Assembly: GCF_006345805.1 (NCBI RefSeq)
Contig: NC_043021.1
Coordinates: 7,006,001-7,070,000, forward strand
From: Octopus sinensis
Taxonomy: Eukaryota
DNA: 64,000 bases
Direction: 5' to 3'
Shown: positions 37,671 to 49,660 of the stretch, one piece after another
Numbering within the stretch: the first letter of the stretch is position 1
How the letters are laid out: every line of letters starts with the position of its first letter
Notes under the pieces: generated by a model
Seen by the model: the letters and a program-made list of their open reading frames with translations, nothing else
Databases searched by the model: none
Told to the model about the DNA's origin: nothing
Translations under genes and position numbers: made by a program

Positions 37671-38256
37671 TTGTTAAATTAAGTCTATCATGTTGTGCAG
37701 AAGCTGGCTTAATGATTAAAGATTAGATCAATTCTTTGGTCATGTGTCTTCTACTATTGCCCCAGGCTGATCAAAACCTTTCACTGGATTTGCTAGATGG
37801 AAATTGAAAGGAGCCTGTCGTGTATATATATATATATATATATGTATGTATATGTGTATTTGAGTATGTATTTTTGGTTGGGGCTTGAAAATTGCACTGC
37901 TGCTGTATCTTTGTTGTGTGTGCACTGAGGTCATAGAGCAAATGAGTTATTTTAGCTATTGTTTACAGATTGTAACACACACACACACACACAGACACAC
38001 ACACACACACACACACACAGCTAATCTGTCATAGTTCTTATGTTTTTGTTTGTTTACTGTTTGTTGTCTTATCTTTCACCTTATCCATCCTTCTCCCCAC
38101 CTTCCTACCTACTTCTAACTCATCAGTTCTCATATCTCCTGTTTCATCTCTACATTCTCTGACTGTTGCATTTCGATTGAACTTTATTGAACTGATCTGA
38201 ACTACTGCCAAAGTATGTTGTCTGTTGTCTATTAACTTTCACTATAATCTACCAAA

Positions 38257-38288
<32 letters not shown>

Positions 38289-38830
38289 TATATATATATA
38301 TGCGTGTGTGTGTGTGTGTGTGTATCATATTTATCGTTTATCATTTGTTCATATATCATACAGGATTAAAAAAAAATTCATACAACAGATAAATTAGATC
38401 AGTCATGTTTTCAATGTGCCTTCTCTCTCGTTCTCTTCCCTCCATTCTCCTCTCTATCTGTGAAGTAGTTGGCATTAGGAGGGGCACCCAGTTGTAAAAC
38501 CCAAGCCAAAACAAACAATAAAGCCTGGTGCAGTCCCCTGGCTTGCTAGCTCCTGCCGAACCACCCAACCCATGGAAAAGAGATGTTAAATGATGATGAT
38601 GATGACAGTGTGTGTGAGTGTGTTTTATGTACGACAAACTTTAAGTGAAGAAGTACTTGACACACAAAAGTAGTGTCTGGGCTTTATTTTCGCATGGAAA
38701 ACTGGTGACAGTGACTTTGCAGTTTCACTGGACTAACTGGAGATATTCCCTTCTTTCCTGAGCGTCCAATAATACTATACTTGTTCCGCGTCCTCAATTG
38801 TTGTGTTTTTTTGTGTTTTCTTGTTTGGAT

Positions 38831-38866
<36 letters not shown>

Positions 38867-38877
38867 ACGCCATGATA

Positions 38878-39060
38878 GATCATTAGCTCCTACACACATT
38901 TTTTTTCTCTCCTTGTTTTTTTTCTGTGTATCTTTCTGTCGAAGAGCGTAGGCTCGAAACGTAAAAGATTTTTCTATTCCTGAGTGCTATACTAATACAT
39001 TTATTTGTTTGTACTCCACCTACCTTCGTCTTTTGTTTATTTTTGTAAACTTTCCCTTTA
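38878..39060 (+). mobile_element. Penelope-like element terminal (pseudo-LTR-type) fragment
   Basis: Second copy inverted at 52752-52945; carries a minimal hammerhead motif; ends in (TA)n. The PLE assignment is inferred from the ribozyme type. Confidence 0.55.
38930..38969 (+). ncRNA. Minimal dimer-type hammerhead ribozyme variant (core CUGUCGA)
   Basis: Stem I atcttt/aaagat; CTGTCGA plus extra A; stem II GAGC-gtag-GCTC; GAAA; palindromic ACGT stem III; GTA cleavage triplet 38961-38963. Confidence 0.55.
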
Positions 39061-39080
39061 TATATATATATATATATATA

Positions 39081-39134
<54 letters not shown>

Positions 39135-39152
39135 GTGTGTGTGTGTGGTGTG

Positions 39153-39228
<76 letters not shown>

Positions 39229-39476
39229 GTGTATATATATGTGTGTGTGTGTTGTGTGTGTATATATATATGTGTGTGTGTGTGTGTTATATATATATAT
39301 GTGTGTGTGTGTTATATATATATGTGTGTGTGTGTGTGTATATATATATGTGTGTGTGTGTGTGTTATATATATATGTGTGGTGTGTGTGTGTGTATAAT
39401 ATATATATGTGTGTGTGTGTGTGTGTTATATATATATGTGTGTGTGTGTGTATATATATATGTATATATATATATA
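39060..39476. repeat. Compound (TA)n/(TG)n microsatellite with higher-order periodicity
   Basis: Alternating TA and TG blocks; source of the spurious ORFs at 39005-39638. Confidence 0.95.
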
Positions 39477-40177
39477 ATGTTCCTCCCTTCCCTTTCTCAT
39501 GCTCCCATCACTCCACCAACATGTATAAAAATCAAAGATGAAACTAAAAGCATTTTGAACAAAAATATACGGATTGCTATGCTGTTTCTGATTTATCTTG
39601 TTTGCTCTTCTATTTGACTGTGAAATGGCTTTAAACAATCTACCCCCTACCTCACTGCTAGTTGTTTTGTTTCTTCAAATTACATTATTTTAATCTCCTT
39701 ACAAGACAATTATTGATATTCCCTTGTTATTACACCCAAACATGGAGTTGAGTTTTGTTTCCAACAGTTTTATTTCAGTCACTTTTCACCACTCTCGAGT
39801 TCTCCGAAAGCAAAAACAAAACAAAATTCTCGCTATTTTGGGAACTCTAGAAACCCAGAGGTTTATTTTAGTTTTTAAAACACCCCCACACACACACACA
39901 CACACATGCAGTCACTCTGGGCACTTCTGCACTTATATCCAAGAATCTAGCAAATATAAACCATATGTCCGAAGGAGCTAATAGCAGTTCTGTGTTGGCA
40001 AAAAACATTTGCGAAATTCATATATTTTGATAAGTTTGTAGGATGCTGGAAGAAATTCTCTCTCCTTCTACAGAGAAGAGCTTGTCTTGAAATGATGGCA
40101 GGCTAGACTCAGTGTCAGTATTCTGCCTTCCCATTCCATCTTGCAAACATATCCATGTTTGCAAGCTTTATTCATGA

Positions 40178-40560
40178 CTAGCAGTATCGCCCGGCATTGC
40201 TCAGGTTTGTAAGGAAAATAACTATAAAGCATATTTAGATATTTATAGCCAAAATATAGCAAAAAAATGGGGGAAAAAAATGATGGTAAATTTTTTTGAG
40301 TTAAAAAGGTGGAGTTGCGTCCCCTAGACAGTCTGTGGTTTGTGTTTCTGATTCTCGACCCCATGTCGAATTTATCAATTTTTTTCAGAACTGGGGGAAC
40401 TTTTCAAAATTTTCGCTGCATTAGTTTTGAATTATGACATTGGGCTATGTGTGTGTCAAGTTTCATCAGAATCGGTTGAAAGCCGTGGTCAGAGTGAGGG
40501 TACAAGCAAACAGACACACAGAAACACACAGAGACAAACTGCCGTTTATATAGAGAGAGA
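40178..40560 (-). mobile_element. Non-autonomous Helitron (subfamily 1)
   Basis: Near-identical to 2418-2804; TC and CTAG termini; A|T target. Confidence 0.85.
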
Positions 40561-41131
40561 TTCTAGTTTGCTTGTCTCTGTCTGTCTGTCTGTCTCTCTT
40601 TCTCTCTCTCTGAATACAGTTGTTTTGGAAGAGTTCTTTGTAAACTTAGTTTGATCTGTACTGATTGTTATTTCTCTTTTCACATCTGCTGTGCAACTCT
40701 TCTTTATAATCCTGTACCTTTTGGTATAGTAGCATCGCTTATACCATAATGTTGAAAGTCAGTGTTACAGTTGTGTATATGGTTACTCTGTTGATCAAAC
40801 TATTAAGTCTTTGGGTAGGGTTTCTCAAAACAGGCTCTCTCTTAGTTTTGATCTCTACTCTATTATGATTCTAATCCATTGAGGGTGTCGGAGTCATAGA
40901 AGTTGGGACCACAATGCAAAGATAATTTTTCCAGTATTGTTAATGTTAACTATTTAAAAAAAGAATTTAACCTCATCATTCTGCTTTACTTATGGATCTA
41001 AAGCATTCCATAATCAGTTACTAAGACATATATTGGAATGTTGGCTTGGGGCCCTAATTGTGGTTCAGCTCTTTGGGGGTTGACTTATTTTTATCTTGCA
41101 AAAGGTAAAAATCTAAATTGTTGATCTTGTT

Positions 41132-41390
41132 CAATGGTTCTCAACCTTTTTTATTATTTTTTTTACCTATGAACCCCTTTGATTCCTATTTTGCTCTACT
41201 GGACCTCCATGTTAAAAAAAACAATCCTGTTATATTTTTATAAATAAAATTTTTTAGGAATTGTATTAAACAAATATTAAAACATGTTGAGTATTGTAGA
41301 AGTGTAATCAATTTATTACTCATAAACTTTAACAACAAAATTATTATATAGACCCCCAAAGGTCATATGGGCCCTGGTTAAGAACCACTG
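41132..41390. mobile_element. hAT-like MITE
   Basis: TIRs caatggttctcaacc / ggttaagaaccactg; TSD atcttgtt / atctagtt (7 of 8 match). Confidence 0.8.
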
Positions 41391-41818
41391 ATCTAGTTAC
41401 AAGAAGGGAAAAAGGGCAAGTGAAACAGACAGATGTGTTGTACTTGTATCAGTATTTGCTTTATGAACCAACTTACCAAGTCACATAATTTGAAGTTGGT
41501 TTGACAGATTATAGATTTCATTTAAATCATTGAATTGAAAGTCAAAAACTGACTTGATGACATGTAGTCGTGACTTTGAGATTAAACCACAGCACTATGT
41601 CCAACTGGTGTTCATTCACATTGTTTTTTCCAAGAGTAATTGGTGGAGTAAGTGAATTAGACTGACTTCAAATAAGACTCCAAACTGTCAGCTCTGAATA
41701 GCTTCCTTTTACTCTATGGCACTTTGTTCAGTTTGGCTAAGTACTAGAAATATTTTTGGTTATGTGTTTAAATATAACTGAAATTGCTTCATAGATTCCT
41801 GGTCAAGATTTTGTTAAT

Positions 41819-42096
41819 GTTGCCAGCCTCGCCTGGCCCCTGTGCCGGTGGCACATAAAAAGCACCATCCGTTCGTGGCCGTTTGCCAGCTCTGTCTGGC
41901 ACCTGTGCAGGTGGCACGTAAAAAGCACCCACTACACTCACGGAGTGGTTGGTGTTAGGAAGGGCATCCAGCCGTAGAAACACTGCCAAATCTGACTGGG
42001 CTTGATGAAGCCTTCTGGCTTCACAGACCCCAGTTGAACCGTCCAACCCATGCTAGCATGGAAAACGGACGCTAAACGATGATGATGATGATGATG
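41819..42096 (+). mobile_element. RTE 3' UTR fragment with internal tandem units and (GAT)n tail
   Basis: Two copies of ...gtgccggtggcacgtaaaaagcacc; tail ggacgctaaacgatgatgat. Confidence 0.85.
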
Positions 42097-44583
42097 TAAT
42101 AATGCATCTAAGGTGTTGAGCTGGTGGAATAGTTAGCATGTTGGGCAAAATGCTTAGCTGCCTTTTGTCCATCTTCATATTCTGAGTTCAAATTCCACCA
42201 AGGTTGACCTTTGCCTTTCATCACTTCGGTCAATGTAATCAACTTGCCCCCTTCCACAAACTCACTGGCCCTGTGCCAAAATTTAAAATATAGATATTGC
42301 ATCACCAAATGAGAAACGACTATCTTGGTTTCAGCTGACCATGACTCACAGTAAGTTTTACATCAGAAAAGGATGACCGTTGAATTACTGTTAATCTTTC
42401 ATGCAAAACTATCCCGACACTTAATAACTAAAGATTAAAATCACAAAACATTTTCTGCTGTTCTCTTTCCTCCTTCCCCTGAACATTGCTCTCAGATTTT
42501 CTCAATTCTTCCCATCCTTGTCACACTACCAGTCTCCGCTATCAGATGATGCCTCTTGCCCTTTACTGTACTAACTTGAGATCAATAGTTAGTAGTAAAG
42601 TTTTCTAGGCTGTGACCTTTTCTGTGAAGGACATGATTTATAAAATACTTGGTGTTTACATCTCACTCAGACTGGAGGTATTTTTAAGAGAGCAAGGTTA
42701 ATGCCTGGGGATATTAAGACCTGGTGTTTTCTTGGATGTGTGGTCTTAGTCATGAAATATCCTGATTTACAAATATTTAGTGTTAACATCTTGCAAAAAC
42801 TGGTTGTTTTATGAGCTTGTTTTATAAAGAATCCTCTGTATGGTCATTTGACCTGTTAGAAATAGCAACCAAATCTCTCTCAAACTGCACCCTACCTTTT
42901 AAAAAAAACAACAACATTACTTATTTGATAATGAAGTTGTTGGTGCACTGTGCCTCAATATTAGATTGGATGGTGATGGCATGAAAGTCTTTGATCATAA
43001 GTTTGTTGGAACAGGAATGTCCTGTGGTTAAACAATAACTGGAGAACTTTACGAAACAAGGAAGGTGAAAGTAAAAATGCCATTGTAATATCCATGTGAG
43101 GAAGCGAATTGGTGGTATAAAAGATGTGTTGCTGAACAGTGGCTTTAGTACTAATTATGACATGTCAGCCTTGATGCTAATCCATCTGCTCAAGGTGAAA
43201 TCGTTTGTTATAAAACTGTAAAGCTCTTTTATCTCTTACTCCTCAGACTTAGTTCATCCTCTTCCTATATCTACTCTTCTGTAAGTCTGTCTCTTTCTCT
43301 CTCTACTTTGTGTATGCACACACACACCACCACCACCACCATCATCATTATCATCATCATTCCACTTTCATCTACTTTCATTTGATGCAGTTTCTGTGGC
43401 TGGATGCCCTTCTTAACACCAACTGCTTTGCACCATGCACTGGATGCATTTTACAGAATGTACTGCATGCACCTCCCCAGTATTGGTGCCTGCTACCAAC
43501 ATTGGTGAGGTGGTCATGTCCTTGTCAAGATAAGATTTAACATTTCTCTTAACCTTATATTTACATTTATCTATTCACACATGCACACACACACACCCAA
43601 TAGGCTTCTGTTTAACGTCTGCCAAATCTACTAACAAGACTTTGTGTGACACTCATGGTATCACAGTGGACTGAACTTGAAACCATGCAGTTGGGAAGCA
43701 GAAGGCACCAGGGTCAACAAAAGGCACACAAGAGGTGTTTTGTGTGAGTCTGTTTGTGGGATCATAGGTGAAATTTGTCTCCAAAGGAGTAAATTTTACC
43801 CAGTTTGTCAACCCTTAGTCTATATGGTTGTTCAGTCTGCTAGCAATAGCTGTCAAATTACTGTTAAATATGCACCCAAGTATCTTAATGAAAAAGGAGT
43901 ACGCTGGATAATGTAGTCTGTGTAAGACTTATATGAAGTCGGCTGGTAAGAAAAAAATGGGTTGGTCATGGCTGAAAATATCTTTAATCATAGGTCTAAT
44001 CAATCAGGGTCATTGCCTTGTGACTAAGCAAGATGGGAACATATCATTAGACTTGTTTAGTAACAATCTCTTGATTTTGAATGAATTCTATATCACAATG
44101 TATATATTTAACCTTGATCTGAAATAATAATTACTACTGTTAATAACATCATAGAAGGTGAACGAACATGTGGGGATCTCACAACATAGGATGGTAATTT
44201 TGACCTAGTTTTGTTACAGTTAGAACACTGCATGCTGTGTGTGTGTGTGTGTCTGTGTGGAGCTATATAGAGAATCATCATTTAATGTCCATTTTCCATG
44301 CTGGCATGGGTTGGATGGTTTGACAGTGCTAGTAAAGCCAGGGGCTGCACCAGGCTCCATTGTCTGTTCTGGGATGGTTTCTATGGATGCCCTGTCATAA
44401 AATATCCTGATTTACAAATAATTAGTGTTAACATCTCACAAAAACTGGTTGTCTTATGAGCTTGTTTTATAAAGAATCCTCTGTTAAAAATAGGAACCAA
44501 ATCTCTCACAAACTGCACCCTAATATCACCAGTGGTGATATTACTTCTCCTCTCCATTATTTCAGAGACTTTAGATTATATAG

Positions 44584-44789
44584 ATGCAGGAATGGCTGTG
44601 TGGTAAGAAATTCATTTCCCTACCACATAGTTTTAGGTTCAGTCCCACTGCATGGCACTTTGGTCAAGTGTCTTCTACTATTGCCCCAGGCTGATCAAAA
44701 CCTTTCACTGGATTTGCTAGATGGAAATTGAAAGGAGCCTGTCATGTATATACATATATGTATGTATATGTGTATTTGAGTATGTATTT
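44584..44789 (+). mobile_element. CORE-type SINE (family A) 5' half; 3' part duplicated at 37734-37873
   Basis: Shares private variants and microsatellite tail with 37734-37873. Confidence 0.8.
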
Positions 44790-45214
44790 CCTTCTTCTGC
44801 AGTCTTCATAAACAAAAGGCTCCTTCTAGTTCTAGCTTTCTATGTGAACATGTCTCAGCTGTTTGTTGACCAATCGACTAGGAGGGGTTATTACTTTGGA
44901 AACAAGTGGAGGCTGATGACAGAAAGGGCATCAGCCCTAGAAAATTCTGCCTTAATATCATTCCCATCTGACCTATGTAAGCATGTAAGCACATAAAAGT
45001 AGACACTAAAACTATGATGGTGGTGATATATATATATATAGTTTGTGTGTCTGTGTGTGTGTGTATGCTTTGTTGTGTAATGCATAACCTTTCTCACGCA
45101 CACACATAACTTAAGGGTTCAGAGTAACCTCAGTCAGGAAATGTTGAGCGCATTTGAGTTAAGGCTTCACTGTTATTGCTCTGAGTTTCCTGTTAGTTCC
45201 ACAATGCTTCTCAG

Positions 45215-45278
45215 GAATGTGACAATAACAGGACATTTGGAGTAGCAAAGGAGTATTTGAAACCTGAGCTTCAAGCAA
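45215..45278 (+). CDS. Candidate 64-nt exon (ECDNNRTFGVAKEYLKPELQA), unknown gene
   Basis: Acceptor ...atgcttctcag; donor CAA|GTAAGC; one open frame in unique sequence; no recognisable homology. Confidence 0.15.
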
Positions 45279-45549
45279 GTAAGCACACACATGCATGCGT
45301 GTGCTACACATATGCGCGTGAGCAAAAAAAAAAAAATCCCACTTGTATCATAACTAGGATTTTCAAGTTTCAAGGTTAAGTATGTATACAGATTACACTT
45401 ATATACTTAATAACCTGGTTTTATCTGTTTCAGCATAGATTAAGTATGTTAATAGTAATAGGAAACTTTAATCCTCCATACATACTTTTCCAAGTTCTGT
45501 ACACTTCCATTATTTGTCTGTGCTGATTATTGCAGATTTAGACAAGGCA

Positions 45550-45616
<67 letters not shown>

Positions 45617-45625
45617 TACTCTCTC

Positions 45626-46007
45626 TCTTTTACTTGTTTCAGTCATCTGACTGTGACCATGCTGGAGCACCGCCTTTAATTGAGCAACTCGACCCCGGGA
45701 CTTATTCTTTTGTAAGCCCAGTACTTATTCTATCGGTCTCTTTTGCCGAACTGCTAAGTAACGGGGACATAAACACACCAGCATCGGTTGTCAAGCAATG
45801 CTAGGGGGACAAACACACACACGCATATATATATATATATATACAACGGGCTTCTTCCAGTTTCCGTCTACCAAATCCACTCACAAGGCTTTGGTTGGCC
45901 TGAGGCTATAGTAGAAGACACTTGCCCAAGGTGCCACGCAGTGGGACTGAACCCGGAACCATGTGGTTGGTAAACAAGCTACTTACCACACAGCCACTCC
46001 TGCGCCT
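45626..46007 (-). mobile_element. CORE-type SINE (family A), near intact
   Basis: Reverse complement aligns over its full length to 32294-32706. Confidence 0.9.
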
Positions 46008-46059
46008 ACATACACACTTCTATATTTTTCTATGCTTGTATGGGTAATGGGGATCATCA

Positions 46060-46270
46060 TAAGCACACCGGTTTACTTCTTGTTGCAGTCTTTAGTCATT
46101 TTCTTTGTGATGTTCAACATCCTGAAATCAACTTTCATGACTTCTCATATCTTTTTTCAGTTATTCTCTCTTGAAGTTTCCATCCAGTCGAATAATTTAG
46201 CACTTCTTTATTCGACTCCCATCCTTCAAATATGTCACATGTCCACACGCCTCTCTTGCTTGTTACATCT
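46060..46270 (-). pseudogene. Decayed RTE ORF C-terminus
   Basis: Minus strand GHVTYLKDGSRIKKC*...EVMKVDFRMLNITKKMTKD resembles RTE WFGHV...DLR.L.LT.EMT.DR. Confidence 0.6.
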
Positions 46271-47119
46271 GATTCTTTCTTACCCAAGATGGAGATGAGT
46301 ATCAATATTTCCCTGTGTTAGGCTTGATAATTGCTTAGAGGTTTCTGTGTGTGTGTATTTTACCATACCAAAACCATCTGGTTGCAAAACAAGTTTTCTT
46401 TATTTTGTTTGTTTCCTTGCTCATTCCTTCTTTCTTTTGTTTTTTATACCCTATTTCTTTGTTCTTTTATTCTCTTGTTTTTGTTTTTCCATTTTTCTTA
46501 TTCATTTTATTTCTACATCCCTTTGTTTTCTTCATTCATTCTGTTGTTATCCTCCTTCATTCATTCTTCCATTTGTTCCTCATTACCATTTCTTTCTTTC
46601 ATTCATTCATTCATTCATTCCTACCTTGTCCTGCTTTCTTTCTTTGTCCTTCTCATCAGTCTGTTCCGAGTCTTTACTTTTTTTTCTCTGTGATATTGTA
46701 GAACATTAGCCATCATTATATATAATTATTCGAGATGGATCACATAGTTGAGTGCAGTATACAGAGGAGACAACAACTAATGAATCTCCTTGTTCTCACT
46801 GACACACACACACACTGTTATTGTTCCAATTTAAGCATAAAGGACTAATGGAGAAATCTGAAAAATTAAAATGATTAAATTTGAACATAGTCATGATTTT
46901 AATCTAGCACACTTGAAAGACAAGCTAATCTCTCTTTACACACAATATCTAAGTTAATTTATTCTTTTATTAGTTTTGGTCATTGAACTACAAACTGATG
47001 GGGCATCACCTTTAAGGGTTTTAGTCAGTCATATCAACTCTTGTTCTTATTTTTGATCTGTTCAGTCTGGTACCTATTCAATACACACACACAAAATATT
47101 GGAATGTGTTGTTTACAAA

Positions 47120-47184
<65 letters not shown>

Positions 47185-47250
47185 GATTATTATTGTTGTT
47201 TTAAATATTTAATGTTTTCATTAGGAAATGTCTTTTTTTTCTTTCTTCCC

Positions 47251-47330
47251 TATCTAATGTTATGCTTTTTCTTTATTTTGCAGGTAAGCATACCTTTTCA
47301 AATATTTTCTAGTAACCCACTTCGGTAAGA
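47251..47330 (+). other. Candidate recursive splice site (AG|GT) with 41-nt cryptic RS-exon
   Basis: CTAAT at 47254-47258; poly-Y 47265-47279; CAG|GTAAGC junction at 47283/47284; downstream donor TCG|GTAAGA at 47324/47325. Confidence 0.35.
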
Positions 47331-47462
47331 GAGGTTTTACCATTTTTTTATATTTCCTAATTCTCCTCTACACTTAAAAAAAAAAAAAAAAGAAGAGCAT
47401 GCAAAAATGTCAATTACAAATTATCTCTTCAAAATACATCAATGATAACTATCGTTCTAGAG

Positions 47463-48300
47463 AAATCAACCATAACTATTTTTTAAAAAAATGTTTTTTA
47501 AAAAATAAATCACCCATGATTATTTTTTAAAATAATAATTTATGCATGGCTGCATTTTTTAAAAAAGCTATATCAACCAAAGCTATTTTTAATGAATCAA
47601 CAATAACTTTTTTTTCTTTTAATAAATCAGTCATCACTTTTTTAAAAAATAAATCAACCATGGAAAGTTTTAATAAGTCAGCGGTAACTATTTTTTTAAG
47701 TAAATCGACCATAACTATTTTTTTAAACAAGTTTATAATAACTATTTGTTTTAAGTAAATCAACTATTACTATTTTTTTTTTTATTAACTCTTTAGCATT
47801 CAGATTACTCTGTCAAATTTAGTGCTTATTTACTCAAAATCATTTTGAATTAAACATCCAGCGGATCATGCTAGCTTCATTTCTTCATTTCACTGCCGGT
47901 GGCACGTAAAAGACACCCACTATACTCACGGAGTGGTTGGCATTAGGAAGGGCATCCAGCTGTAGAAGCACTGCCAGATCAGACTGGAGCTTGGTGCAGC
48001 CTCCATGGCTTACCAGACCCCGGTCGAACCGTCCAACCCATGCTAGCATGGAAAACGGACGTTAAGTGATGATGATGATGATTTGACAGCTTCAAAATTT
48101 TAATGATGTGATTATTTATTTTTAGAAGGACATTGTAGAGTAGATGTGAGAGGTGAGATCTAGTTGGTTTGAGTATAAAACAAGTAGAATATTTGGTCTA
48201 GATACAGTTGGTTTGAATGCTGAAGAGTTAATCAATCATCACTATCTTTTTTTTAATAAATAAACCATGGCTGATATTTTTTTTAAATCACTCAACCATG
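47463..48300. repeat. Degenerate AT-rich minisatellite (about 27-31-bp unit, aaataaatcaaccataactatttttt) split by a MITE
   Basis: About 10 units before 47785 and 2-3 after 48231. Confidence 0.7.
47789..48227. mobile_element. piggyBac-like MITE (P2) carrying a nested RTE 3' fragment (about 47856-48082)
   Basis: TTAA|ctctttagcattca...tgaatgctgaagag|TTAA; the MITE halves rejoin across the RTE insert. Confidence 0.8.
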
Positions 48301-48632
48301 AAACGTATAACCTTATAGTCTCATTGACTCTTGTAATATTTTAGACAAAATATACTTTCTCAAAAGCTTACTATAACATCTAGCTCAGACCTTTCTCAGC
48401 AGACTTATGATAAAAGACAATCCAACCATGTCCACGTATTTTTTAGCATTATCCAGGAATATCCACATAAAAGACTGTCCAGTTTTGACCATTGTTGCTT
48501 GTGTACACATCTCACCTCTTCAACTGTATTCTCCAATGTGTATCACTGTATCACTCTATACTAGGCTGGATTATGTCACTGTGGTTAAGCTGTGAGCTCG
48601 CATCAAGGTTGAAGGAAACTGTTCAGTCAGAG

Positions 48633-48886
48633 CAGTGATTCTCAACCATTTTTTTTACCTTGGATCCCTTTGTTTCCTATTTTACTCTGAGTGGAGGATC
48701 ATAGCCATTCAGTATCTAAAAACTCCTATTATATTTTTATGATTAAATGTTATTAGGAATTGTGTGAAACACTTGCTAAAATATTTTGTGAAGTGTAGAA
48801 GGTTAACCAGTTTATTGCACAAATTTTAACAACAAAATCTTACATAGACTCCTGAGGGCCATATGGACACTGATTGAGAATCACCG
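48633..48886. mobile_element. hAT-like MITE (same family as 41132)
   Basis: TIRs cagtgattctcaacc / gattgagaatcaccg. Confidence 0.7.
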
Positions 48887-49157
48887 AGGTAGTGCTTGTC
48901 ACCTTGTTTAGTGAAACTCATGTAGCCAATCTTATTGGTAGTTGTATCTCACACACACTGTCATTAACTGACAGTATTGAGGCATGAGCTGGGATTGCCT
49001 CACTTCTTCCTTTACAATTTGGTGGTGTTATAACATGGTAAGAATTGCAGTGGTTTATGGAGCACTGGGTGTGACGAGCCAATTGGCTAGTTTTTGATTC
49101 TGTTTATGTTGTAAATAACCAAAGTAAAGGTATTAATGCCAAAGATTATCTCTTTTC

Positions 49158-49187
<30 letters not shown>

Positions 49188-49188
<1 letters not shown>

Positions 49189-49660
49189 GGCACGTAAAAA
49201 GCACCATCCGATCGTGGCCGTTTGCCAGCCTCGTCTGGCACCTGTGCAGGTGGCACGTAAAAAGCACCCACTACACTCACGGAGTGGTTGGCGTTAGGAA
49301 GGGCATCCAGCTGTAGAAACACTGCCAGATCAGACTGGGCTGGGCACAGCCTTCTGGCTTCCCAGACCCCAGTTGAACCGTCAACCCATGCTAGCATGGA
49401 AAATGGACGTTAAATGATGATATATATATATATATATCACCATCATCATCGTTTAATGTCTGTCGTCCATGTATGTGTGGGTAGGACAGTGTATATATAT
49501 AGGGTACACACACGCACCATCATCGTTATCATACGTCTGCTTTCCATGCTGGCATAGGTTAGATGGTTTAACTGGAACTGGCATGGTTTCTATGGCTGGA
49601 TGCCCTTCCTAATGCTAAACACTTCAAGAGTGTAATGGGTGCCATTTACAGGAGACTGGC
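49188..49660. mobile_element. Two or three RTE 3' fragments; the first two are tail to tail (+ 49188-49421; - from 49438)
   Basis: ggacgttaaatgatgat(at)n caccatcatcatcgtttaatgtc. Confidence 0.75.

Noticed and set aside
39005-39638. Long ORFs of 100-202 aa
   Set aside because: (TA)/(TG) repeats contain no stop codons, giving CV/IY dipeptide translations
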